A stretch of DNA of 64,000 bases from Epiperipatus broadwayi (GCA_028023455.1 JAQFVV010000010.1:7688001-7752000), one strand, 5' to 3'. Positions 38,501 to 51,519 are shown, counted from the stretch's first letter. Numbers and translations: made by a program. The notes: generated from the sequence alone by a model not told the origin.

Positions 38501-41022
38501 CTTTCAGTAGATATGTAGTCTAATATACATAATTGCAGTCTAGAATTAATCTTGGATTGATTAGCATTTCCAATCAACTTATGGTTTACCTTCAATATTT
38601 CACTTTCATTTTGAATATTCTAAGGCAATGTAATCATAAAGAGTAATATTTAGATTGACAATGAAGTTGGATCTAATAGATATGTATTCTCTCACATGTA
38701 GCAAATGAAGACTAAATCAAATTATTTTTTAGAAAAATAATTTATTAAAAAATAAAGTATAGATACATATAATACATCGCAATTAGTAATAACTGCCACA
38801 CACACTAGTAAATATTATACATCTAAATGAAACTAACTCAATATTTAATATTATCAGCTTGCATTAATAAATTTACTGAAACATAATCACATTTTATGCA
38901 TATATGTATCATAAGTCAATTATTAGCATAACAAAATTATAAATTTTAATAAATTCTTAGATTAATATATAACTTGTTAAGCTTAAACAAAATTATACAA
39001 CATATTACTAATAAAATAAATTCTTTAGCAATCAATGAGAATAGAATACTATTTTAGATACAGCTAAATGATATAGACTAATGAAAATAATATTTAAATA
39101 TTAATTTTATTATTATATTTTTGACAATTTTATTGCTATGATGGGCAACAATGTTATTTCATGATAATTACTATATTCATTTTCATACATTGAAACAGTA
39201 GAAGAATTTTTAAAATCAAGTGACACAATTTCATGGGTCCACTAAAAAATTCCCAAAGTTTTGAAATTATCAATCATTATCATATTTTAAAACTTTTTAT
39301 GTATCTCATCAAGAGTACTTAATTAAAATGGGTATTTTTGTTCGAATTCAAATGAGTAGGCAGAAGGGACATCTATTGTTAAAAGCTGTCATCTTGATTC
39401 TTGCCATTATTTGAAAGTTGATAAAAATAGTCTCTACACTTATTTAAAATATTATCACCATCATATAAAAAAAATTCAATCCATATTTAATAGGATATTT
39501 TTCTAATTCATATTTTGCTTTCAATATATATACAAATCTAATGACATAATCAGCAAATTAATGTCTGCCTCTAATCTTAAAAATCCAAACCTGCAATTTT
39601 AGATTTAAGTTGTTTCAGTTTAGCATAAATAATAGATGCTTCTGAAAAAACAAGGATTAAATTTCATATATATAATATTTGAAGCAACAATCATTTCAAA
39701 AGAGCATATTAGTCTACGATCTGTCCAGAAATATATATTTATATAATGTTCATACAATACATAAAATGCTACTCTTTGAACATGAATGCATTCAAATATA
39801 TTTACTTGTGAAGATCAATCCATAAGAAATGCAAATACTTAATAATAACAGCTATTTAAGTTCACAAAACCAATAACTCTGAGTCAAAATAAACTGCTAT
39901 TATCAATAATGTGCATTAAAGTCTTAAAATAAAAAAAAATTTTAATAGCGATAATGTAAAAACACTATTCAATAGGAAAGAAAAGTTTTAATTCTTTGAA
40001 TCTAATGCTGGAACATAAACATAGAAACTGGGCACAAATTTGTGTACATCCACTTTTAATAATTTTTCATGAATTCCAAAAATAGAAGATATCACATTTA
40101 ATTTCAAGCAAAACTAATACTGCACTATCTTTTGTTCATTCAATGATCTGCCCTTCCAAAAAAAAAATATATCGTAGCCTGTATATGACATTGTAATCTT
40201 TATTCATATTTAGATATACTCCCCCAAAATGTCTTCCGGTTTTCTTCATTTCAAAAGGCCACAAATATTATTAGCATCTCAAAGTTTGATTGTTTAACTA
40301 TTGTAAATTCACATGTACAAATATATATTGTACATACAAAACAATTTTATCTTGTAGAATATACACATCATAATAAAATTATTGCAAAATTTTAGACAAT
40401 CAATTATTACATCCTTTTATTATATTTTTGAACTTTCAGAAAATATGTATATTTAGCCTGTTTGAAATCAAAATAGATAGATACAATCCTCAAGCCATAA
40501 AAATAAACTTGATTGATATTTTAAATAGCTAAATAAAAGTATTATATTTTTTAACCACATATACCCTCTACCCCTAATTATAAAACAATTATGCAGCTAT
40601 CTTAATTATATATTTTTAATTCAAATATCCTCTAATATTTGTAGGGAAATAAAAACATAAATAGGAAGTTTCTTGAAATTGATTATTGATGCACAAAATT
40701 TTTTTTTATTATAAAAAAAAACAATCAATTATTATATTCAAGCAATGTATCAAAAAAAAAGTTTTCTCAAATAAAACCACAAGCAATAGTCAAAATTCAT
40801 ATGCTGACTTAAAATATTGTATTTACTGGTAAATAGAACACAGCAATGTATAATGTAACTCCATTTTTTCATGAACTTCCATAATGATTTACTGCACTAA
40901 GAGTTATCTATGAAGAAACTGAGTCTATGTATAACAAATCATCCTTATAAATATATTAAATAACCTCAAAACCACCATATATTCTTTTAAATTCATATTA
41001 ATAATTATACAATAAAAGACAA

Positions 41023-41141
41023 ATGACTCAAGATACATTTCGTGCTGAACCAGAACTGATCTGTTGGGTCGAGGTCACCATCTCTCATATATATCTATTA
41101 TATGAGTGCTAGTTCAGCACAAAATGCATCTTGGGGGTCAT
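41023..41141. ncRNA. Palindrome of two opposed, degenerate family-A type I hammerheads
   Basis: Minus arm: CCAA CAGAUCA GUUCUG GUU CAGCAC GAAA UGUA UC UUGA. Plus arm: AUGA GUGCU AGUUC AGCAC AAAA UGCA UC UUGG GGGUCAU. Confidence 0.7.
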
Positions 41142-41394
41142 GTGGTAATACTGAGGTTATTCAATATATTTATAAAGATATTACACGTGAGAAAGAGAAA
41201 TGTGAATACCTATGTGTGTGTGTGTTTAATTAGGAAAAAAAAAATCAGATATATTAATCTATCTCTGTGGTAGAGGCAACCTCTAGTTTATTAAATGATT
41301 AGTAATAATCATTACTTTATTTATCCAAAGTGGATGGTGTTCAAAGATATGAGTTGAGTTAGTTTGACACTTGTAATTCAAAATGTAATTAACA

Positions 41395-41790
41395 AATCAT
41401 CCACTGTGTTATCAAGTGAGTTACTAATTCCACATTTCTTAAATCTCTTTACAACTGTCTCATGTTTCACAGCATCCCATGAAATTTTGACCATCTGCAA
41501 AATGCTAGCTTCTTCCTGATGGTGTCACTTTAAAATCTGTAGACTACATCCATTTCTCCTTCATGAATTCTTTTGAATGGTTTATTAATGCAGACATCAA
41601 AAGGTTGAAGCTAGCTCATTAGGCACTTTCTTTTTCACAGCTTCTATGACTCTGAGACTGATCCCATACTAGCAAGGCAGGTTTCTTTAACAGTCCATCA
41701 GGATGCCTAGCCCAGACTTGTCTATTCACACCTTCATCCCCTCTTTAGGCAGTATTTCCTTAGGCAACTTATTATCTTTATAGAACAGAA
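41395..41790 (-). mobile_element. pogo-like (POGK-type) DDE transposase remnant
   Basis: Minus frames give VWARHPDGLLKKPALLVWDQ, QPFDVCINKPFKEFMKEKW, TPSGR and SWDAVKHETVVKRFKKCGISNSLDNTVDD. Confidence 0.85.
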
Positions 41791-42414
41791 AAAAAATTAT
41801 GGAAACAATTTATTCAAAATCACCGTTTCGCAAAAGAACAAAATGGAATAGATCTTATATTTCTGTGTTTTCCTGAAGGTTTGTGATGATGGTATTCTAG
41901 TTGTATTTTTATATTGGACTATTTCCATCATCTAATATATGTATTGAATTTCTTTAGAAAAATTTAACTTTATTTAAATATTCCAAATACATTCAACAAC
42001 TGTTAGTAATAGTACATCAGATTGACAAAAATTTCAACTCATAATTTTGATTACCAATGAATGAGATGCACCCCATATTTTAGGCATTTTGAGATATAAA
42101 AAAGGTATGTCCTACATATTGGCAAATACAGTAATTTTCATGGAGACATTTTCAATCATCATACTGCAGAAATGTTTTGAAATTTTTAGCTATGCAAAAA
42201 AAGGGGGGGGTAATATTTATGTGATTAATATAAACAGTTAATTAATATTTAAAGTGTAGATCAAATACTGAAATTGTAGAATGCAACAAAGAATAGCAAA
42301 TTATTGATGAATGATCAAATGTTATCACTTGGTTATACAGTTCTAACATCTAGATACCTTGACATGCTTTCAATCAGAGTTTACATACATTTTTAGAAAT
42401 ATTTATAACATATT

Positions 42415-42462
42415 ATGTGTACCAATATTCAAGGACATGAGTCCTTGAATATTGGTATACAT
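42415..42462. repeat. 22-bp perfect hairpin with a 4-nt loop
   Basis: ATGTGTACCAATATTCAAGGAC-ATGA-GTCCTTGAATATTGGTATACAT, with one G.U pair. Confidence 0.9.
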
Positions 42463-42717
42463 TATCTAAAAACAAAAAGTCTCAAAGCTACAAGTATAAT
42501 ATATGACCTAGAATGTTAATTCTAGGAAGCATATATTATTAGATTGATAAAAGTTAAATTTGAAATTACTGCTAATCCTCATATAATTTTTATAAATGCT
42601 AATGAAATCTTCATTTCACACTTAAACATTTACAAATAAGTTTAATAAATAGCTATAAATAGCTAACACTTTTTATTGACACTAACATTATTATATCAGT
42701 TCACACATTTATTTTAG

Positions 42718-42735
42718 GTAAAGTGATGAAAAAGG
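42718..42735 (+). other. Candidate 18-nt microexon (phase 1-1, x-KVMKK-G)
   Basis: Branch-point ACTAAC at 42681, TTTATTTTAG acceptor and GG|GTAAGA donor. Only the phase-1 frame is open. Confidence 0.5.
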
Positions 42736-43379
42736 GTAAGAGCTTCTCAACTGCAGTATATATTAAAAAAGCAGCATGCAATCACAATCAAACCCACATA
42801 TATATTTCCAATTACTGATAGAAGTAAAAATCCCTAAATTTTTCATGTAAATAATGTATACTTTATTAGTATTTCAACAGTAACATTGCTCAAAATCTAC
42901 TGACAAGATTAACACTAGATTATCTAATTACAAACACACTTCAAAATGAACTATTTATCTTAAAATATGCAATAGAACCGTTTAGTTTACATATAGGATG
43001 TTTTACCTTAAATTGTGTCTGTGTATGATATCTTTTTAAACATGCAAATTAATTTATAGTTCATGTTTTATAGAATTAATGTTGTAAACAATTTTTTAAA
43101 GTATTAAAAAAACATTACTAATAATTTTAAATTTACTTATTATATTTGTTATTTTGTACACACTTAAATGTTATTAAAATATTTTTAATTAAAAATGATA
43201 ATGTGCATTTACAATATGTATATATATGACTACATAATGAAACACCAGACAAGGAACTTCACACAAACATATATATACTAAGATCATTCTATAAACATCC
43301 CAATAAGTTATTACATTTTCCCCAAAATATCATCATGCTTTAACAATAATACATGTATTTGGATATGAATCTTCTATAT

Positions 43380-43836
43380 CAGTGGTCTTCAACCAGCTGT
43401 GCCAGCCAGCCGTAGAAGTGTTTTGCTGGTCCACGATAGACTGGCAAGAAAGTTTTAATAACAAAATAATAAGATTTTAAACTTTTAATTAATATAAACA
43501 ATTTTTATTTATTTTTTTCATAGCACTTTTACCTGATTAAAAAAAAAAGAAACAACAAAATCTAATCAGTCATACATAAATTAATGTTTTTCTAGTTATC
43601 ACAGATGTTTATGGGGGGGGGGGGTAGAATTAAATTTTTTATTACTTTTCTAAAAAAATTCAAAATTTTAAAAAAAAAAAAGTTATTTATTATTCAAACT
43701 CCATATATATATAACTTCGTCTAAGGCTAAGCTGTTTACATCTTTAAGAAAATTTATCTATAGACTTCTGCTGGTCCATGAAACCTTATCCTTATTTTTA
43801 CCCGGTCCGCAGGTGTGAAAAGGTTGAAGACCACTG
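43380..43836. mobile_element. hAT (Charlie-type) MITE, 457 bp
   Basis: Perfect 15-bp TIR CAGTGGTCTTCAACC...GGTTGAAGACCACTG. Perfect 8-bp TSD TTCTATAT at 43372-43379 and 43837-43844. Confidence 0.95.
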
Positions 43837-43949
43837 TTCTATATCTATTAATTAATTTTAACATTTTTATTTTTCTACAAAATGTACTATTTCTCTTCTT
43901 ATATATTTATTTTACATGCTTGGTAAAACTGATTATAAACTATCTTTAA

Positions 43950-44212
43950 TGTTAGATATATGTTCTATCAAAAATAGATTCATATATGTGAAATTGTATA
44001 AAGGCAAAAAAAATATATATATATTAACCAGTCTTTGGCAAGAGGTATTTATAATCTAATAGTAAGCAATTTACCTATATTACCTAAATGTTTTCTTAGT
44101 ACTTGATTATAAGTGTCCATTGCCAAAGATTTGAGCTAATTAATATATATATTATACAATTTCTGATACATGAATATATATTTAAAGATTTAATGAATAG
44201 ATAGAACATTTA
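43950..44212. repeat. Degenerate foldback
   Basis: Nested inverted matches GTTCTATC/GATAGAAC, AATTGTATA/TATACAATT, TCTTTGGCAA/TTGCCAAAGA and TTATAATC/GATTATAA. Confidence 0.6.
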
Positions 44213-45160
44213 GTTTTCCTAATTATTTACAAAGCTAATTAAGTGATGATAAAAGGAATTTTAAAAACTGATAACTGCAAGATTTATTTTGAAAGCTAAG
44301 TAGACTGAGAAAAAACAATCAAGACTGAGAAATATGACCATGGAAGAAAATATAAATGTTGAAAAAAAAAAAAGTGATGAATGCAAAAAATCTAAATTAG
44401 ATAATACTGTATTTAGAAAATTATGAGAGCTATAATTAAAAGCATTACATAATTGAAGGAATCGTAAATAAATAAAAAATATTTTTTGGGGGGGATAAAT
44501 AAACATTGCTAGCACGTCAGGATATTGTGTATATATATAACACACACTGTAGAATGGCATAATATCCATATTTCATTCCAAGGCTCCTTATAGATAACAA
44601 ACACTATAAATACAATACTATACATAAATACAGTATATAGAAAACAGATTTTAACATAAAGCATGCATATACAATAAATTTAATATACAGTATATATATA
44701 ATATTTTTAAAAATACAAATAATAGAAATATAGAATGTGGTACAAAGACAAATACAGATGAATTTAAACATTCAAATACAACTGTTTTCTTATTGTACTG
44801 AATTTGTATCAGAATGTTTTACATAAATTATTTTTGTTAACCTTTTGGATATAGAATCTTAATTAACATAAAAAGACTTGACAAAATTAGGTAATGAAAA
44901 TTCTGAAAATAAAAAACAAAAATCATATTCATAATAACTATTCTATTGCTATAATTGTCTTTCTATTCTTTATACTGAGATATTAAAAACCAAAACTTGA
45001 AAATTTAAAGCTTTTAAATGAAATCTCTTAAACACTAAAAATTAAAAAAGCTTAAAAAAATTGTACTTGTATTTAATCACCATTCCATTTTTAAATCCTA
45101 ATTGCTGTGATGTTAAAATTGCATACATATAGTGAATATATATTTACACACTTTTTGTAA

Positions 45161-45267
45161 TATATAGGGTGTATGAGCACAGACTTTCACACGACCTACC
45201 ACTCTCCACTCCATCTCATAATATTACCTATATAGACACAGGTATATAATAAGCCTGTATTTCAGTT
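45161..45267 (-). mobile_element. Family-A fragment flanked by 13-bp direct repeats
   Basis: Minus strand ATGAGATGGAGTGGAGAGTGG...TGAAAGTCTGTGCTCATACACCCTATA matches family A. ACACTTTTTGTAA occurs at 45148-45160 and 45268-45280. Confidence 0.65.
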
Positions 45268-48200
45268 ACACTTTTTGTAAGTAATATTTGTAATAAAAAT
45301 TAATATTAAAATGAAAAAAAAAAAAAAATACAATATTTAAATGATAATGGTAAAAATTTCATTATTTTTAAAATTTTACAATCTCCCTTCTCCCCAACTT
45401 GTGTTGAATGATTCAATGAATATTGAGAGAATAGATATAGAGCATTACTATAAAACTAAAATTTTAAAATAAAATGCTTTAATTAATCATGGAAAATTTA
45501 GGAGGATTGGGAGATTATTTATATACAGTTGTAATTTGAAGTTTCATGCTATAACAATGAGGATTATATACATATTTAAATATATAACAAGTGACTACAA
45601 CAAATGATACTAAATGTAAATATATATTTCAATTAACTTTACTTATTTTTGCTGTTTAGTTAATTTTTTAAATATCAGAAATATTTTTTAGTGCCAAAAA
45701 GAAAGCGAATATTTTTTCTTACATATCTAGGTCATAGATTCATTATGTTTATGGCTTCAAGACTGATACTTGTCTTTACTATGATCACTTACCATTGTCT
45801 AGTATTTTTTCTTGCTTGCCTATGTACTATTTCTAAGTACTTTTGATTTAAAAAAGTACTTTTTATTTCAATATTATATATATTCACATGCATATATATA
45901 TACAATGCAAGCCTTCTATATGGCAATAAAGACAATGGAGTTCTAAGATCAAATAATGTTGTTCCTTATTGTTGATTGCTCGATATTCTCTTAATTCTTA
46001 AATTAACATTTTATATTTACAAAGATAAAATAAATCATGTTATTAATGCGCCATCAGAAGAGAAATATATATAGTTTATGAGAATAAAACACTGTATTAT
46101 TATAATTAGTAATAATTTACAATAGACCAAAAATAATGATCATATAAGTTGTGTGCTAAAAGGCAGATTGATTAACTATACAAAAAATACTATGATGAAG
46201 CAAAAACAATTGACAATTGCTGATGCAATTTTCCATTGTTTGCTATTTTCATAATATATTTAATCTTAGCATTTCAATTTTGGAACTGAAGAAAGTTTAA
46301 TGAACATTTTTATTTATCATTAAGACATATTTCTGAAATAGGAAGGCTTGATAGAATTTACAAGTTTACCATATATTTTTACAATATCATACACATAATC
46401 TTTAAACTACGTTCAAATCTGAGCATATTACTTAGTCTTTCCCAATATTATTCAGTCCATTAATACAATTTAAGCACTTTCAGATCAGAATGCATTCAAA
46501 TAAGCTATACTTTAAATTTTGATTATATTAAGAGGCTTCTTTATTTTATACTATAATTCTAAATCTGATATGTAAGAATAAAGTATGACTTGCTATTACC
46601 TCAAACTATTTAGGACAAAAAATAATATACATAGTTTAAGAAAGAAAGAATAATATTTACATCATGGAAGGAATTTGATTTTTGATAAATATTAAAAGGT
46701 ACATGTTAATAGGATTATTTGGTACTGATTTAGTATGTGCTCAAGCCCATCACATCTTTAAAAAAATATATTTATATCTAAAATACAATTACTTAAAAGA
46801 TAGAGTGTAGATTGCTGAAAATTATTTCATATATATATTTTAAATTTGATAATAATTCCTTCTTTTATTGAGAAATATTTTTGTTCGGATAAGACCAATG
46901 TAGTGGTGTGTGGATAAAAGAAAAAGATGTCTAAAGCAGTATGACAGCAACTATGATCTCAAGAACTCTTTAGCTTCTAGAATCCTCTCTTATTACCCAT
47001 TAGAAATTATATGCAATTAAATGACTATCATCAATATAACAATGTTTATAAATAAGAAAATTTAAACCTCTAATCTGAAAACTTCTACTCTCTGGCCTGC
47101 AATTTGATTTTCAATCATAATCTGTATTTGCTAATATGATTTCATTTATTAATTACATTTTCTTTATATGGATTAATGTATATCATTATGTATCAAAAAT
47201 CTAGACTTCAGTAAAAAATGGTGTAAGCATATCACCAAGTGCTAATATAAATTTTTGTGATTCTAAAACTTTGAAGCCTAATTAAATGGATTATATCAAA
47301 CTATTTATGCCAATTACTTATACATTCTACACTAAAAATAATTATATTTATCTGTAACATGATCAAGAGTATTAACTTAATTATTCTATTTTTTCACATT
47401 ATGTATGTAATCATATATTCATTTAAATATAAGCAAAATCATTTTTATATAAAACATTTTCAAGCAAACACAAATACAATTTTTAAGATATGTGATGTGA
47501 TTAATGTATACATTATGTGTGTGTTCATGTGTAGAGAATTAATGCACACCCCCTACTTCCCCCCCCCCCCCAAAAAAAAAGAAGCCCTGAAAAGTTGCCT
47601 TAGATATACTGGCTTGTTAAAACAAAAGTCCCAGGTTCAATCCAAGATAATAAAAAAATTATATTGTATACTAAAGTATTTACTTATTTATTTTGATCAT
47701 TCTTTTTCATTCAAAGAAATAATTTCACTTTCAATAAACATTTCCTAGACTGATTTGCAATAGGCAAAAAAAATTTCTCATGTTATCATATATGTTGCAT
47801 AAGAAGAAATTGAATAATTAAATAAATGAAACCAAGTAATTATTAATATCGATCTAGTAAAGATTTGTGTACAATATATAAATTGCAAACTGTCAATGAA
47901 AAAAATAATAAAACAAAAAAATTCTTATTCAATTCAATGCTATAAATATAATTATTATTTTACTTGTTTTTCTTAAATCAGTATTACAATTCTCACAATT
48001 TAAGTAAAATAAAAAATTGTTTGTTTACAGTTCAAAAATGCAATTATCATAACACACTATATTCTGGAATAACTTCAGGTATCTACAGAACTAAAAAAAT
48101 GTCTGAAACATTCCCAATATTATTTATTCTTTGTAAGTTTAAATTGTATAGTTCTTTATTTTGATTGGAAAAGTCTCTTTCTGTTTAATTTTGTACAAGA

Positions 48201-48731
48201 CTGAAAATTTATTAATACAATTGAAAGGTCCCTTTTGCAACAATTTATATCATAATTTCTACAATAATGTATAATTTCCAGTAATGCCCAGCATAGTTTA
48301 ATGCAGTGGGAGAGTGTTAACTCTGGAAAGTAAGATTTTTGGATGGATTCCAATTCTGTGTCACTTCCGGAGTTTAAACTTTTTATAAACTCCCAAATAA
48401 TAAAGCCATTAGATTTTTTTATTTAATTTTCAATATTGAGAGGAGGTACATAAACACAAAGAGATGTTGTATACACATCAATGTACAACATATGACAAAC
48501 AAAAAAAAAAAAACTTTTTGCAATAGTTATTTAAGATTTGATTTCTTTTTTTTTTTTTTTTGTGTAAATAGTATTTTTTATTTTCTGTGCTAGCTGATTA
48601 TTAAATAAATGAAATTGTTACAAGTAATAAAAATTCAGTTAGTATTTTTTGATATATAATTTATCAACAATTTCTATACTAGTTTAATTCACTTAAAAAA
48701 ATTTTTTTTTTTTAATATGATAATCAATATA

Positions 48732-49810
48732 GACCAACTGATGTTCGTGTTCAACACAAAATACATAATTGAAAATCATTTATCTTTTTCACATATGTGT
48801 TCATGTATATCGGTTGTATGAGATAGAGTGGAGAGCTGAAGGGAGCTTGAAAATCTGGGTTCAAATTCTCTATATTACATTTAAACTCTGAGTATATGAA
48901 TCATAATTGTATTTCAAAAATATTACATACTCAACCTATATCCTACCCATCTCTTTTCTGTTTATTTAAATGAATAAGATACTATTCATGAGAGGTCAAT
49001 GATTTAATTCAACAGCGACATGATTATAATATTGGCATCAACATGGATTTGAGCATTCCATCATCAGATTTTCAATGGTATGGATGGTTGAAGAGTGGAA
49101 TATATTGAAGCCTGTCCATTAAAGTTTTAAGATTTGCTATTGACTACAAACCGAGCACTGATTATATATGTGAGGGAGATGATAACCTAGACCAACTGAT
49201 GGATGCTAGTTCAACACAAAATATGTATATTGGAGATCATTTATCTTTTTCATATGTATGTGATCATGTGTATCGATTGTATGAGATAGGGTGAATAATT
49301 GAAGGGAGCTTGAAAGTCTGTGTTCAAATCCCCTATATTACATTTAAACTCCAAGTATATGAATTATGCTTGTATTTCAAAAACATTACAGATTCAGCCT
49401 GTATCTTGCCCATATCTCTTCTGTATATTTAAATGGACAAAGTCCTATTAAGGCCAAATGAGCATGACAATAATATTGGCATCATCAAAGAATTTGGATG
49501 TTCCATCTTTAGATTTTCATTGGTATGGATAGCTGAAGAGTTGGAGGGTGGAGTAGATTAAAGCCTGTTCATTAAAGTTTGAAGATTTGCTATCTCATAA
49601 TGCAAGCACTGATTATATATATATGTGGAAGATGATGATCTGAACCAACTGTTGAGGGTTGGTTCATATATTTATTTTTTCACATGTGTGGTCATGTGTA
49701 TCGGTTGAATGAGATAGAGTGGATAGTGGAAAAGGATTGAAAGTCTGTATTCAAATTCCCTATACTACATTTAAACTCCAAGTATATGAATTATGCTTGT
49801 ATTTCAAAAA
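48732..49810 (+). repeat. Tandem array (~2.4 units of ~455 bp) with one type I hammerhead per unit (family A, retrozyme-like)
   Basis: Hammerhead C3 positions are 48738, 49196 and 49649 (periods 458 and 453). Each unit also has TTGAAAGTCTG(T/G)(G/A)TTCAAAT(C/T)C, with a B-box-like motif. Confidence 0.85.
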
Positions 49811-51006
49811 TATTAGAAATAAACCATCTAATTATTCAAAAAAAATATTTTAAGGTAATCTTTCAGAGATTATGAAACAAAATCGGTAATTTCTTTTTTT
49901 TTTTTTCAGAATTATATATAAAATCCATAGCAAATAGTTTAATAAAAAATACACAAAATCATTTTTTTTTTTCAAGATCAGAAGTGTTTTAAATATGTTA
50001 GATTAGTTAAGTTATGAGACCAGACAATTTCTGCACTGATTCTCAGTGAAACAAAGTAGAAATAAAAAAGAGCAGAAAAAAAAATTGCTTGGTCAACTAT
50101 TATATTAATACAATGCAAACATTATCAAGAATCTTTTGATCAAATGGCTATAATATTAATTTGACTTTTAAGCAAAGTGACCATATGAATTAATGGATAG
50201 ACACATATAAATGACTTCTTGAATTAAAGAATAATCCATAATTAGAATTTTAAGAATATTTAAAAAATACTAAATATTGAAAGATTGATTATTAGTTTCA
50301 TCATTAATTTATACTGAAGTTATTCAAATCTTTGAAATACCAGCTTATATATTAATATAACAGTCATTCAATATTTGGATTCCTGTAGTATTATAACTAA
50401 CTGTCAGAGAATATAAAAAAACTTTATATATCAAGTCAATTCAATAAAATATAATTTTAATTACTATATACTAAAAATAGAGAATAAAAATTGTTAAGAC
50501 AATAAATATTAAAGACTCAGTGGGTTGTCTTAGATTTAAGTTATTGCTTAGTATAAAGTATTAAAACCAGCACTTAGCATTAAAGATGGAAATTTTTAAA
50601 AGCATTTAAAAAAAATATATAAACTCTTAAAATATTTTGAAAAACCAATTTCCAAATATAATATATTTAGTGTCTAGTTTTATAATATTTAATACTATAC
50701 ATTAAATTCCAATAATGATATATATATATATCTCAACTAAAAATTAAGTTTTTATGTAAATTTACTTAATTTAAGACACAGTCTTTTGTACTTAAACAAT
50801 TAAGTTTAATAAAAACAGTAGGAAGTATTTAGCAGATATAGTATATATTTTTATCTACAATATTATCAGTGTAAATAAATATTCAAGTTTACTGTATTTA
50901 CAGACTATAGAATTTATTTAAATATATATAACATTAAAATAAATTTTTATACAGAAGCTAAAACATAAGTATCTATTTTATATTAAATATGACCTATTTA
51001 TGTTTT

Positions 51007-51113
51007 TTTTTTTTAAGTGTCATAGCATTGGCCGGGACACGAACCCGCAACCCGGGCAACTGCCTGCAAGTGCAAGGCAGTCGCGCTGACCCTCTCGACC
51101 ACCAATGCAAGAT
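51007..51113 (-). mobile_element. tRNA-Gly-derived short SINE with A-tail and 15-bp TSD
   Basis: GCATTGG...CCAATGC acceptor stem, CTGCC/GGCAG stem and GGGTTCGTGTCCC T-arm, followed by TATGACACTT and an A-run. TSD ACCTATTTATGTTTT at 50992-51006 and 51114-51128. Confidence 0.88.
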
Positions 51114-51519
51114 ACCTATTTATGTTTTAATAAAATAGATTGATGTTCTTTAGATATATAAAGCAAATGTGTGAGCTATAGAACAATAAATAATATCTTA
51201 CCAACAATTATAAAATATTGGGAAGAATCGCAAGAAATCAGTATAGTTTCGTAATTCGAAATTCATATAAAGATCATACATTCACGATTATTAATAAAAA
51301 GATCAAAGCTAGACAAAGTGACATATGATTTTAGGTGAATATATGAAACAAAATGGATGTCAAATGAAATAGTTATAAAGCTATCAGAGGAATTTATAAC
51401 AAAAGCATTACTGCAGAGAAATTATGTTACTAACTATCCTCAAAATCTATATTGACAAGGCTTTGACAAAATAGACATAACAAAATAATATTTATTTTAT
51501 TTATTTTCAAATGACTAAA

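Noticed and set aside
39200-39430. RCPFC as an L1 zinc-finger remnant
   Set aside because: It is a single short motif without a supporting His/Cys or RT context.
45168-45241. Open 74-nt exon-like segment (VYEHRLSHDL...)
   Set aside because: It is explained as an antisense family-A repeat fragment.
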